Position numbers and translations under genes: made by a program. From the NCBI GenBank assembly GCA_964106645.2, contig OZ067051.1: a DNA stretch of 64,000 nucleotides; one strand, written 5' to 3'. Of the stretch, positions 10,587-24,300 are shown one piece after another. The DNA comes from Podarcis pityusensis. Taxonomy: Eukaryota. The notes under the pieces are model-generated. The model saw only the letters and a program-made list of their open reading frames with translations. It had not been told where the DNA came from and ran no database searches. The first letter of the stretch is position 1. Each line of letters opens with the position of its first letter.

Positions 10587-13500
10587 GTAAGCTTCAAATA
10601 TTTTGATCATGCTAATCTATCTATGGAATATTTATCACCACAGTCTTCCCAAAAGAGATTTACACAAAAAAGTTTTAAAACCACAAAAATTCACAATAAA
10701 AAGAAATGTAAACACATTGGTTGTATGTGGAATAAGCAGCCTCACATAACCAACATGCTTAAGACCATAGAGCAAGCTGTCCTGCCCAGCTTCGCACAAC
10801 TTGGAAGGGTCTACCTGAGAAGCTCCCATGTGAAGAGTTTTGAGTTGGTTGCTCCAGCTCAGACTGCATGGGTCTCACAAGCCACTCTTGATTTCCTATA
10901 CTAGTAACCAAGGAACTTTCACCACTCTGTAACTAAGCTAAATTTTACTTCCTGTGACTTTTTATGAATTCTGTATGGAAAAGCACATGAATCTGACATT
11001 TGGAGCATTTATAAGTAAGCCGTTTTTAACTTACCAAATGTGTGGTGTTTTTGTATGCCAGTGGGAAACTTTGGAAAGAAGCCTTTTAAGGGGACATTTT
11101 GATACTCACTTTAACTGGCACATTTTAATGTTCTACAGCCTGTATTTCCACACTTTACTTTGCTGCATGTTTTATGATTTCAAATCTCTGTTAGGGTTCT
11201 CTCACCAAAGAGTTCTTGCCCTAAACTTGGATCTTGGCATCCAGGAATTCTCTTTTATACCTGTATAAATGTTGGTCCCTTGGAACCAAAATTGTAAACA
11301 TAATGCCAGAATAAAAACTGGACCTTACAGAATAGATCTTAACACGTCCACTAAGGCCTGTGTGTGGAGTGGCCCTACCAGTTGTGTTGGCTGGGGCATC
11401 TACTGCTCATATTAGGGATAGCTAGACTGCCACTTTATGAAGGGATAGAGATTTCTCAAGGGGATTGGCACAGCAAAGCTAGCATGGCCTTAGAATTCTA
11501 GTTCACTTTGTGGGGGCGGGGGGCGAGCTTCCCATGCAAAATAAGAAGCAATGAGTGGCCTGAAGCTGCAGATAAGCAGGTGGGGAAGCAATCCTAAAGA
11601 TAGCAAGAAAGCAGACTTGGTAAAGTTCCCTATGAAGGGAATTACAAAAACATGGGGCCACTATTGAAAAGGCTCTATCCTTGCTATTTCATAAAGTTAA
11701 TCTCAAGTAGGTTATTATGAGAGCTGTCAGACCTTCATTTAACATGGCTCCAAATGTTTTAGGGATTTAAGGATCAATGCCAGCACATTAAATTGAACCT
11801 GGAAATAAGCATCAATGTAGCTGGTGTAGGAATGATGTAATGCAAGGGCAAGCAACCCCCAATGCAAATGCTAGCAGGAAGGGGCATCCCTCCTCTCCTG
11901 CATGCCCCCTCCCCCAATCTTCTCTGGAGGGAACTCCCAGAACAGCACACAGTGGGATAAGAGAAGGGGTCATTTTGTTCATGGAACAATAAGAAGAGTG
12001 TGCAGATGAATTCCTCCCAGGGTGCTGGAAAAGTGATTCAGCAAGTCTTCTCAGTGATAAGAATGGAAACTTCCTGGGAAATTTCCATCATTCAGGTTGG
12101 TGACAATGGAGCAGACATTAATTGGGATTATCTCAAGAGAGAAAGTTCCTCATCTACCCTATTCTTGTTTCACACAAGAATGCAGGACATTTTGTAAAAA
12201 GCTCATACTTTAGTAGAGCCATGTGTTTCCCAGTAATAACTTTACACAAAGCTCCAAGCGGTGATTTTGGGAGACTTTTAAAGGCAACATTTTAGGTTGT
12301 TAGAGAATTTCAGTTTGTAGTACCTCAGATATAGGTAAAAAAGCAGCCAGTCCTCATACAGCTATTATAATCTTAGAATACAAGTGTTGAAAAGAAAGAT
12401 GTTTGAGCCTTCTATTTCTCCCTTCCCTCCTATAGTATAACAATTTCTATAATTGTATTTTTCTATAGAGCTGTATAAGTACGAGGAATATTTTTTAAAA
12501 AACAAACAAACCAAAAGCTTGGATTTTGAAGGTTCCAATTTGAGTCTTTGAGAACACACAAGAAACCAACACACCCAACCACACTTTTGTCCCAGGCGGG
12601 GATGGGACCTGTGCAGCTTTCACTTGCTTTCAGCTGAAGGGCCCCTTTATTTCAGCCTTTTATGACATATTTTCTGCCAAAACAGTCAGAGCTGAACCTT
12701 ATGAAATGAGAGATGTGGAAACGAAAATGTGGTAGATGCTAACAGTGCCATCACCATGAGCATAAAAGTGAGGATCAGTTTTTAAAAGGGCATAGAAAGT
12801 TTGTTAGTAAACTACGTATTAGATAATAAATTGTTTATGCTTTATTCTTTAAGGATGAAAGAGAACATCCTGCAAAGAGGAGTAGAACTGAACGTGATAT
12901 AGATGACAACTTGATTACATCCACTCCTCGAACAGGAGAAAAACCTAACAAACAGATTTCTCGAGTTAGGCGGAAAAGTCAAGTGAATGGAGGTTTGTAA
13001 ATATTCTACTCAAGTGACTCCTATGAAGCCTTTGGTCTTTCTACACCATTGAAGTAATTAAGGTTTTGTGTCCTGGCTTCATGGAAGAGAAAATTTGAGC
13101 CTGCAGTGCCAGGAGTGCACATTGGTTATTAGGCAGCATATAAATATTTAAAACCAACTTATTTGGGTGGTTTAGAAGTAAACCTAGTGCCTTTATTATG
13201 TAAAATACATTGCAGTATTTTTTCTTGATGCTTACAGTAGCCCAATCTGACATGTCAAAATGGTTGGGGTCATTAGAGAAGTGAGTTTAAGAAAATTCAC
13301 AGAAGAAAAGTTTGCAATCCCCTCCTTTCCTCCCTTACCCCCCCCCCCGAGGTACTTGTGACCCCCACCCACAGTAGCCTCTGCAGAGTATTGGTTGGCC
13401 ATCCTGAACAATATTAGAAGGGCAGGGAGGACTCCTGACGGACGGAAGGAAGGGATGGGCTGTGATTTTCATTTAGTTACCATCTTAGGATCCATGCATG

Positions 13501-15866
13501 GTACCGGAGGATTTCTCCCTCCCACAGCAGCCCCCTGCACAACATCAAACATTGTCCAGAGAAGATTTGGGGGGGGGGGGCATTGGGGGCGGGGGTCTAC
13601 TGTAGGTAGAAGGGAACACAAAACCATATTTCCATGAACTTCCTTAATTAAACTTCTCTTAGAATCCAGAATTATTTATTTTGTTATAAACAAAGGCTAA
13701 AAGAGTGTTTTGCCTTACTGAACTAGGGTTTGAAATGTGATGCGTGTCCACTCAAACCTCTTGACAGAGTAGCCAACATGGTGCCCTCCAAATCTTGGGG
13801 TACAGCTCCATTGTCCTTGACCATTGGCCATGTTGACTAGAATGGATAGGAGTTGAAGTCCAACAACATGGAGGGCAGCACATTGGCTGACCCCACCCCA
13901 CCCCACCTGCACTGTAGTGGTTAATGATGTTTGGCAATGGAGCAGAGCACTCTTGCATAGCTTGTAGCTGCATAGTTAGCAGGATCACCCGCTCCTTTTC
14001 CTCCTTCAATGAAATGGGCTATATTGTTTGCATTGGGGACAGTTAATGCTTAACATGCTGAACTGCATTTTTGTTTTACACAAATGGATCACTTAAGAAA
14101 AGAAAGAAAACAGCATTATTTTCCCTTAGGAAGGAGAGGATAGTTGGGTGAGTTGGCTGCTCCACTAGGCAATAATATTCAAATTGAGCTGTTCTTACCT
14201 TGGGTGGGAGGGAAACTGACCTTCAGTTCCCTTTGCCTTACATATTTAAGAAGGCCCTGACAACTGAGTGGACAGAGCCTGCGGGTGGGTGGATGTCTGA
14301 CTTTTGTATCTGTCTGATATTCCAGATAGATTATGGTGCAAGCAGCCACTGTGTATTATTAGATACATGTTGTGAGCAAATAACTGTATCTTTAATAGGG
14401 ATTTGGTAGTCAGAGGTGACCAATTGTGATGCTGCCTGCTTTACTGCCTTGAAGACTGCAGGCCACAGGATCTGCCTTAATCTCATCAGCTCTTTATGGG
14501 TTTTCTAGATATTGAGTGGCTATTCTGGTGTTTAATTGCAGGGTTTTTTGTGGTTTTTTTTACTGTAAAACAAACGCAGAAACCTCTTGTTCCATTTTTA
14601 AGAGGATTAAACTCCTGAAATAAGTATTTGTTGAACTAACCATGTGTTTGTATGGATTGAAAATATTGCCTACTGAAATCCTGTTAAGAAACAAAAATAT
14701 TGCTATTGCTACTCATACGTATTGACTGTGTTTGGATGTAATGCCAGCTCTCCCCTTTCGCCTCCAGTATGGCTGCAAGGAGAAGTCTGCCTCAGGCAGC
14801 AAAATGTCTTGTTCTGGCCCTGGAAATTTACTTGAAGATACTGTGTGACTTGGTCATTCCAACCTATGTAGTAAAAATGACATCAGGAACAATGTGAGCA
14901 TTGTACAATACTGTCAAGTGAAATGTTTTGTGTCTGCATTCTAGAAGCTGGAAATTATGAAATGACAAACCAGCATGTTAGGCAAAATGGAAAATTGGAA
15001 GATAATCCCACAACCGGCAGCCCTCCACGGACTACTTTACTGGGGACCATATTTTCTCCCGTCTTCAATTTTTTCTCACCAGCAAATAAAAATGGCAAGT
15101 ATTATGCAAACCCATGTTTAATGTGTTATATACACTTAAAAATAAAATAGCAATTTAGAAAAAGTAATCTCCTGTCTCAATGCTGGGCAAAAGAGAGGTA
15201 TGTTTTGATTACTCTTTTTTAAAAAAATATTTAAAGATTCTGAAGCTAAAAATGAAATAAGAATGTTAATTCTTACCTAAGTGCAATAGCAATCTGTGAA
15301 CCGAAAACATCATTTCAGGGACAGCCGGCTCAGACTCTCCGGGGCAAGCTGTTGAAGCTGAAGAAATAGTGAAGCAGCTTGATATGGAGCAGGTGGATGA
15401 GATTATCACTAGCACTGCAACTTCAGCCAATGGAGCATCATATACTAGCCAAGCAGTGCAAGTCAGATCAACGATCAACAATGGCTTGGAGGAAGTAGAA
15501 GATGTAACTGATCGTGATTTGCCTCCTCTCACTGGTAAGAACCAGGCATATTTTGGTGTGGTTGTTTTTGAATCTTATGTACATGACTAATTTTGGGGGG
15601 TTGGGGGATACGCCCTCACTCTTCTGAACCAAATGGCTCAGGGACACAGGATTCTCCATGACCAGCATGGTTGTGCGGTCTGCATTACTACCTTTCCATG
15701 ATTTGTTGGGAGAGAATGATGTCCTAAACTTCCCTTCCTTGAGATACTCCAAGTGTTTCTATAGCCATGGACTGCAGGAGCAGAGAAGCTTTTATTCTGT
15801 TGAACAGTGCTCTGCAATTTTGAATGGGAATGGTGCAAATCTAGTTTACCTGAGCATGAATTAACA

Positions 15867-15899
<33 letters not shown>

Positions 15900-18282
15900 A
15901 CTATCATTCTTATTTATCCACCCTTCACACTAAGATCCCAGGGTGGGTTATAACAATAAAAACACCATGTTGAAAACAGTTGAAAACACTTTACAATCGC
16001 AGAAATAGTGGGGGTCTTAAAAATGTACATCTCAAATGTCAGAAGCCAGGGGAAAGAGGTGTATCTTCTGCCTTCACTGAAAGATATATAATGCCAGGTG
16101 CACCTCTGTGAGGAGGGAGTTTCACAACTTAGAACTAAATACAGTGGTACCTCTAGTTACAAACTTAATTTGTTCCGGAGGTCCGTTCTTAACCTGAAAC
16201 TGTTCTTAACTAGAGGCGTGCTTTCGCTAATGGGGCCTCTTGCTGCTGCTGCGCCGCCGGCACACAATTTCCGTTCTCGTCTTGGGGCAAAGTTCTCAGC
16301 TCAAGGTGACGCTTCCAGGTTAGCAGAGTTTGTAACCTGAAGTGTTTGTAACCTGAGATGTTTGTAAACCGAGGTACCACTGTAATTGCATTGAGTGTCT
16401 TGGTGCCAAAGAAAGAAAAGAAAACCAAAGGGAATAACTCTTTGGTGGATGAGAGTGTAGCCGAAGAAATGGATAGTGGTTTTTTCTGTCTTATGTTTGT
16501 ACATTCTAGTTTCAGTGTGTCATTAACTATGCTCTGTTGTAACATTCAAATGAAATTATAGCTGACACTTGAAACTTAGCATTTAAGACTTTAATAGATT
16601 GATAAAAGCTGTTATTAGAGGTGAAACTGTTATATGTAGGACCATTCTGGGGAGGTTCCCACTAATCATTTTAGTAGTATTATATTTTTACATATATCCT
16701 ACCTCTCCCCCACACCAGGACTGATGGAAGCTTACACAGATTAAATAGAACAGACTAAATAAATAAATAAATAAATCCTTAAAATGTGATTAAATGTAAT
16801 TTAAGGCAAAAATGGAGACTGGAAATATTTTGATTATTGAATATTCCACTTAGCTGCTAACTGGAGCTTTCCTCCCCTCTTCAGATGAACTAATGAGGAG
16901 CTTTTGTGTTTATTAGCACCAGTATCTCCGGACAGTGGTTACTCATCAGCTCATGCGGAAGGTGCCTATGAGGAAGACTGGGAAGTTTTTGATCCGTATG
17001 TGTTCATGTTTGATTTCACTTTGTAATTCTAGATATGACATTTTGAGAAATAAAATACATTGTCCTCTTAGTTAGCTTTGTGAGTCAGTGTTGAAGACTG
17101 CAGTACTTAACATTTATTTTGAGCACAATACTCCAGCAGTTCTACAAGCCTCAGTTGTAGAGCCATAGCAGTAAAATCAACATTTATTTATTTGAACCCT
17201 CTTTATACTGCTCTTTATCAAAATTGATTTCAGCAGAGTTTACAAGGTTTAAGAAGAATAAAATATACATTACGTTCTCTAACAGCAAACTCAGCTAGTG
17301 AGCACTGACAAGAGTATGGCCAAAACTTGGCTGCTGAGAAACAAGGAAGAGGTATTGATGTGCTCAAGGGAACCATATGGTTTGCAGAAATGAAAAATAA
17401 AAATAAAAATAGGAAAATGTATGGAGGCATTTGAAAAAAAACAACCCAGTGAGGACTGCATGCTTAGTGGTCACAGAATTCTTGATGTGGGGGGGGGGGA
17501 TAAACTGAGGGGTGGTGGGGTGGAATAGAATAGAATATCTTGGAAGAGAGCCGAGTCAGCTGTCTAGAACCCTGAGCAGGAGCATGCCACGCTGCTGTAA
17601 CATTTACAGCTCCCACTTACATACAGGTACTTCCCCATTTGCGCATGATCAGCACGTGCATGACTGCTGACAGGCACACAATTTTTGCCTGACAGGCGCA
17701 CTGCAAGGGGGTGGGGCAGAATGGGGTGGGCTCATATCATCCCGCTGGTGCATGCGATGCCTTAGAATGTACCCCCATGTAAATGGGGATCTGCCTGTAT
17801 GTACATAAAACGTTTATAGACCTGCAGGTAAAAGAAAAATCAACAGTCCTTAGATGAGTGAATAAAAAGGTTTAATCTCAAAACATTACAATTGCACACG
17901 CACGACACATCCCATTGAATCATACAGGAAAGTTTTCCAGGGCTTCCCAGATTAGTTGTGTGTCTATTTCCATCCTGCATCCAGTGGGGACTGGGATCGC
18001 TGAAGATGTCTTCTTACTGCCCTGGTGGTCCATTACATTAGCCTGCCAGGGCGGCTTTCCAAATTTGTCCCATGAGTTGTAAAGCAGCAGTTGTAATAAA
18101 TTAACAAACCGTATATTGGTTTGCCTTTCTTCTAGGTACTACTTCATCAAACATGTTCCACCACTAACAGAAGAACAACTTAATCGGAAGCCTGCTCTTC
18201 CATTGAAAACGAGAAGCACACCAGAATTTTCTTTAGTTCTAGACTTGGTAAGGAATACATATTGGCATTAGTTATGATAGAA

Positions 18283-18319
<37 letters not shown>

Positions 18320-21300
18320 ACAGAGAGAGAGAGAGAGAGAGATGTATGCTGTACAAATTGCAGGGGGGAGGGCTTCATTTCCGAGCATACTTTATTTCTA
18401 CCTGCCTTCGAAGTCATCTCATTTTCTTAATTCTTTATAGGATGAAACACTAGTCCACTGTAGTCTAAATGAACTGGAAGATGCTGCACTCACATTTCCA
18501 GTCCTTTTCCAAGATGTCATTTACCAGGTAATCAAAACCACGTTCCAGTGAAGTATAAAACTGCTTATATAAATTAAATGGGCAAACACTTGTCATGCAC
18601 ATGGTGTCTTCTTGCCCTCCTGGAACATTGGCAATTTAGCAGTATTGATTACATTCTTTGAAATTTTGTCAGGCAAGTCCTCAGATATTAGATGTATTGT
18701 GACACACTGCTTCTTCCTTGTACACTTGCATACTTTTACACTTCCTTTTCATTTATTTGTAAAGAGCTCAAGCATGAGGAAGCCAGAAGGCTTCCTCTTA
18801 GCTGTCTTTCTACGTGGCAGCTTTTCTCCCTGCCAGCAGGTGGAGGCAGGAGTTCTGGAAGCTTAAATAATTTTACTACAAAAGAGCTTAGGGCAGACTT
18901 GCTTTTCTGCCTTGCCTGAGTAAAATCGACCCATGCTATTCTGCTCAGAAGGGATTAAAAATACAGACCTGGGAATAACTTGTGCAGATCCATCTCTTCC
19001 TTCATAGTTAGGTGCTGCTTGTGTGGCAGGAGTTGCTTTTGTTGATGGAGACTACCAGATTGCTAGCTGTTGGTTGTGCTTCACAACATATTCTTAGCTT
19101 CCATCTACTGTGTGTACAACAATTCGGTCAGCGAAGAACAGAGGAAAGAGGAAGAGTTGGAGGTGTGTTCCAGCAACTGCCAAAGATGCTGCACTGACCC
19201 CAGCTGTTGTTCTCAGGTCCCTATTGTGTGATGTACCTGGGAGTAGCAACAGCTTCCCTTCATGTAATTTGCATGATATTGGACTCCTCTGTAGTATCTT
19301 TGGAGAATGACATCAGGCACCTTAAATGGACACTTGTCCAGGTATTTTACCCTAATTTTAAAACTTGGATTTAGTCCGCAGGGCCTGCAAGACAGAGCTG
19401 TTCCACCAGGCCTTTGGTCAGGGCGCAGCCTGACTCCCTCCTTTGGCAATCTTTACAATACTTTAGTTTATGGTTGCCATCAATTTTGATTTTAATTAAT
19501 TCTTTGATGTTTTTATAATGTTGCACTATTTTAGTGTTGTTAGCCGCCCTGAGCCCGGCTTCGGCTGGGGAGGGCGGGATATAAATAAAATTTATTATTA
19601 TTATTATTATTATTATTAGTCTTTTTTTGTTCTGTAAAACCCTCCAAAATTCTGAGGCTTAAAATGAGGTATTTCCTTTCCCCAGAAGAAATCATGTTTA
19701 ATGACACCAGTGTTCAGCTTCCTCTTTAATTAGATAAGTTAGGAAGTTACCTTAGAATATTTTGGATAGTAAAAGCAAGAGCTGAAAATTGGCTGATAGC
19801 ATCATCTTCTTTTCTGTGGCTTGCCAATATTACAGCTTACTGAGAACAGCTGAAGTGTAAACACTACTTTATGAGGTTTCTTTATATAAATATTGCTGAA
19901 GTGAGCAACAACACATTTGAGTCTTGGGTGGAATAAATGTAGAGTTCCAGTTTTACAAACCCCTCCTTGGTTCTTGGGCTGGGCTATTGTTTAGGGGGTG
20001 TTGTTTGGGGTGGGGTTGTTGTTGCTTTTGCTGTTCAGTTGTGAAATCCAAAATAAAAATCCTAAAAATTATGTGGAAAGTGTTCAATGGTTTTGATATT
20101 TTGTTTAGTGTTTATAACTACTTTTGTTATATTAGTAGTTATGCAATTTTTTTATATGTTGTAAGCTGCCTTGAGCGTAGTTTTAAATTTGGAAAGGCAG
20201 CATACAAATAAAATGATTGATTGAGTGATTAGTTTCTTGGCAGTCCTTTTCTGCCTAGCACAGGGCTAGCACCATAAAACTTGATTTTTGCAAACTTGAA
20301 CATTTAGTTAGGAGTTTAGTGACCTCTGTTCCTCAACCTTTGTAATCCTCTATCCACTTATTCCACTGCTAGTCTCATAAAAAGCTCCTCTAGAGTAAGC
20401 AGGTTAAGAACTGCAGCTGTAAATGTTCCAGACCTGGTCCTAACCCTTAAGCATTTTGCCTCTCAAGCCAAATGCTCACATCTGGAAGTACGTTTCATTG
20501 CTTTGAGGGGAAACCAGTTTCCAAGTATGCTTGAAATTGCAAAATTGCAGTCACGGCCATCTATGGCTATAGATAAACAGAGTTTGCCCCTATTCTGTTT
20601 TGATATGGGCCCAGTGAAAATGGCAAGGAAGTTTGAAGTGTCAGCTTCATAATACTATTGTTAGTCTGTGAAAAGCCATTATTCAGTCAAACTCCAAAAG
20701 GCAAAAACAATCAAAAGCCTTTTGTGGACCAGAGTCCTCTTTATTTGCTACATAATTTATTTAGAACTAATTTGGTGCAAATGGTCACGATGATCGTGTT
20801 GTAGTGATGTGGTCCATTACTGCAGCCAAGCTTGAGCTTATCTGGGTCCTTTGGTCATCCAGAAGACACTTCCTCCAAGATCTTGCTGAAAATCAGAATG
20901 GCAACAAGAAAGACTTTTTTGTGGTTGTCCCCCATTTCTGGGGTGCTTTCTCCAGAGATGCTCTCCTGGCACCAGTCTTTGTGGCAGAAGGCAAATACCT
21001 GTCTTTCCTCCCAGGCAGTTTACTATCTTCTTCTCAGTTGGTGCCCTTAATGCTATCTGCCAGGGTAGCTCAATTTTTTAAAATTTTAATGGGGGTTGTG
21101 TCCATACTTGAGGAGTGGATTTTGTTATTAGTTTGTTGCTTTGTTAAAAACTTGGTTATGCTTTATTTATCTTACATGTTGATGTTTTAAACTATTTTAT
21201 TGTAAGTCATCAGGAGGCTTTGGAGTTGGTGACTAAAAATTTAATTAATAATAATAGGAAGGAAGGTTCAAGTAGTTACTTAACTGTGCAAAGAATGACT

Positions 21301-24300
21301 GAGACCATGCAAGTTCACTCTTTTGCTCTCCCCACCTTTTTAATGATCATCTTCTGTTGATTGCAAAGACCTGTGGTGACAGTACTGATTCAAGATGGCA
21401 GTATGGGGTTTAAATTCTCTGTCATGTGGTCCTTTGGAAGTGGTGATCTGCTTAATTTGTTTCTCAGTGTGGTTTTGAAGGCAAATGAGAGTTGTAAAGC
21501 AAGTTGGGCACTGAAAGATACTATAGAATTAAGTATCCTAAAATATAGCAACTGTCTAGAGTTGAGGTTTTTTTAAAGGCCTTGCTCACTCCTTTAGCAT
21601 TTGTGCTTTTCCCTTAGACGAAGGCATATTGGTAGCTTGTCTTAAATTATTGACACCAACTGGAAATAATGTGAACCCAAGAACTTCTTTGTCCACTTTG
21701 CAGCCAAATATTGTTTATTCTTCTGGATGGAAACCAATTCCTGCATTGCAGGGGATTGGACTAGATGGCACTTGGGGGTCCCTTCCAACTCTGTGATTCT
21801 ATGAGTCAGTACTCAGTACACACTTGGGTACTAATAACTTGTACTGGCACTTGCAGAGGTTCTGATGAAGGGATTGTTAATCAGTGAATAAGACTTCTCT
21901 TTAGTTCACTAGAGAGCAACCTTCTCATGCCCTTCAGTGTGACTCACCACAGGCACTCAGTCCACCCTCACTGCTGAATTTCATCTCCCACCCACCTGAG
22001 GGAGCAAATTTGGATGGACTGGAAGGTATTCAGGGAGAGTTATCCCTTCCTCCACATCACAGTCACTCTTCCCATACCTTGCTAAAGAGCTGTTTGCCAG
22101 ACTGGGGCATGCTGTTTACATAGGGAGGGAGGGGTAACCTGGGAACACCAGAACATAGGAAGCTGACTTAGACTTAGACAGTTCGTCTGCTGAACTCAGT
22201 ATTTTCTCTCCCAGCTGTACCTGGAGATGTTGGGGATTGAACATGGGACTTTCTGCATGCAAAACAGGTGGCCCTTCCCACCATAACTTGCCCCAGGCAC
22301 CAAAGCAGATGAACAGCAAAGCTTCTGCTGCTGTATCTCTTCCATTTCTTGAGCCCAATTTGCTGCAATGGGTTGCTTTTTAGCTTCATCTAAGGACCAC
22401 AGGGTGATTTACAATATAAAAGCACAAAAATACATAACATAGTAACAAACTAAAGCAATACCTCCCACCCCATATAGTTTTAAAGGCCATAGATTGTTTA
22501 ATTAGGCAAAGGCCTGAGAGAAGGAGGATGTGTTTGCCTGGCGCCTAAGATACATAATGAAGGCACCGTTGGGCACTGGGGTGCACTTTATTCAGCTCTC
22601 CTTTTCTCCAGTCCCAGCCAACACCAGCCTTGCCCACAGGCATGCAGCCGCTAACCACCCACATGTGTCCTTTGTGAGCTAAATGGTGGCACATCCCTGC
22701 TTTAAACGGGGATCTTTGCTGAGGAACATTCTTGTGGAAGCTACAGAGTACAGCTAAGGCTTCCATCCTGTACACACTTATGTCAGGAAGGATAGTTTGG
22801 CCACAGTAGTACTGCCCTTGGTCACCTTCTGGACTGGACTACACACTCTGTTTGGGGCTACTCTAGAGGTTGGTTCAGAAATTGTAGCTAGTGCAGAATG
22901 CTGCACCCCAATTGTTGCTGGAACACTGCATATTGCACAGATGAAGAAAGCTCTGCACTGGCTGCCAGTACGTTATTGAACTAAGCTCAATGTATTATAA
23001 AGGTGTATAAACCTGAATGACCTGGGACCAGGTTACCTGAACGGACTGCCTTATTCCTTATGTACTGTGCTTATCTGGAGAAGCTTTCTTGATTGTCCCA
23101 GTTATCCCATACTTTTTTTAGTTTCTCCACATATCAAGGCTTTCAGTATAGGGGAACATGCTGAAATAGCATACCCAGGCTTTCAGTAATTTGGAACACT
23201 TTTCCAGGCACCTACAATCCTGGTATTTTGTTGCCTGCGGAAAACTTATTTGTTTGTAAAAAATTAATTTGATACAGTTTTGGTGAGACAAAGTGTTCTG
23301 TATTTTATGATTCTATAATTTTAAGATTTTAAAACTTTTATGATGATTTTACTGTACACTGTTTTGATACTATTATGTGTTGGTGGTTTATAAATATTCT
23401 TATAAATAAAAATAAAAATAATAATAAAAATAAGATACTGCCTGGTACAATTGCCATTGTATCAAGTGCAGTAGATGATGCTAAAAGTTTTTGAGTGAGT
23501 TGTAGTAATAGTAATTTTTATTGATTTATCATAAAACATATGGACAAACTAACATACGAACCAAACAATAACTGGGTTGTTTTTTATTTTGTTTTGTTTT
23601 CCAATTATACAAGCAAACAGTAATAAGATTTTTACACCCTCTCTAGCATTACTATTTCTTCTTCAATTACTAAATATAATAAGTATTTTACTGTAAATTT
23701 TCACTGCTGTCCACCAACTATAGTTTCAGAAACCCCTGCCATTTGAAGCAAAATGTCCCTATTGTATTCTGTGTATTTTAAAATTGCTTTTTCTTTTTGT
23801 TCTAGGTTTATGTGAGATTAAGACCATTCTTCAGAGAATTTTTGGAGCGTATGTCCCAAATCTACGAGGTAAAGGGACTTAATTTGGCTCTTGTATGATT
23901 ATCTTAGCCTTCAGCAGTAGAACAGATAATAACAACATCCTCCCTTCATTTTCAGATCATTCTTTTTACTGCTTCAAAGAAGGTATATGCAGACAAATTG
24001 CTGAACATACTAGACCCCAAAAAGCAACTGGTCAGGTAAGCTTGATGACCAAGTGGTGGCTGTTATTTCTTTTTTAATCAGAATTGTAGCATACACTATT
24101 ATGATGTAGAACCTGAGTGCATTTTAGTTATCATAGCTGAATACACATGGAAACACAGATAAAACGCTGACAACAGGCTATTTTGAAACCTTGGAAACGT
24201 TGAACAGTACAACAACAAATGGGTGCCTGCAACAAAATGCTGCAGTGTCTCCTCAGGCCCTACTGAGTGCTCATGTTCAGGGTTCCCACCTGCCAGCCAT

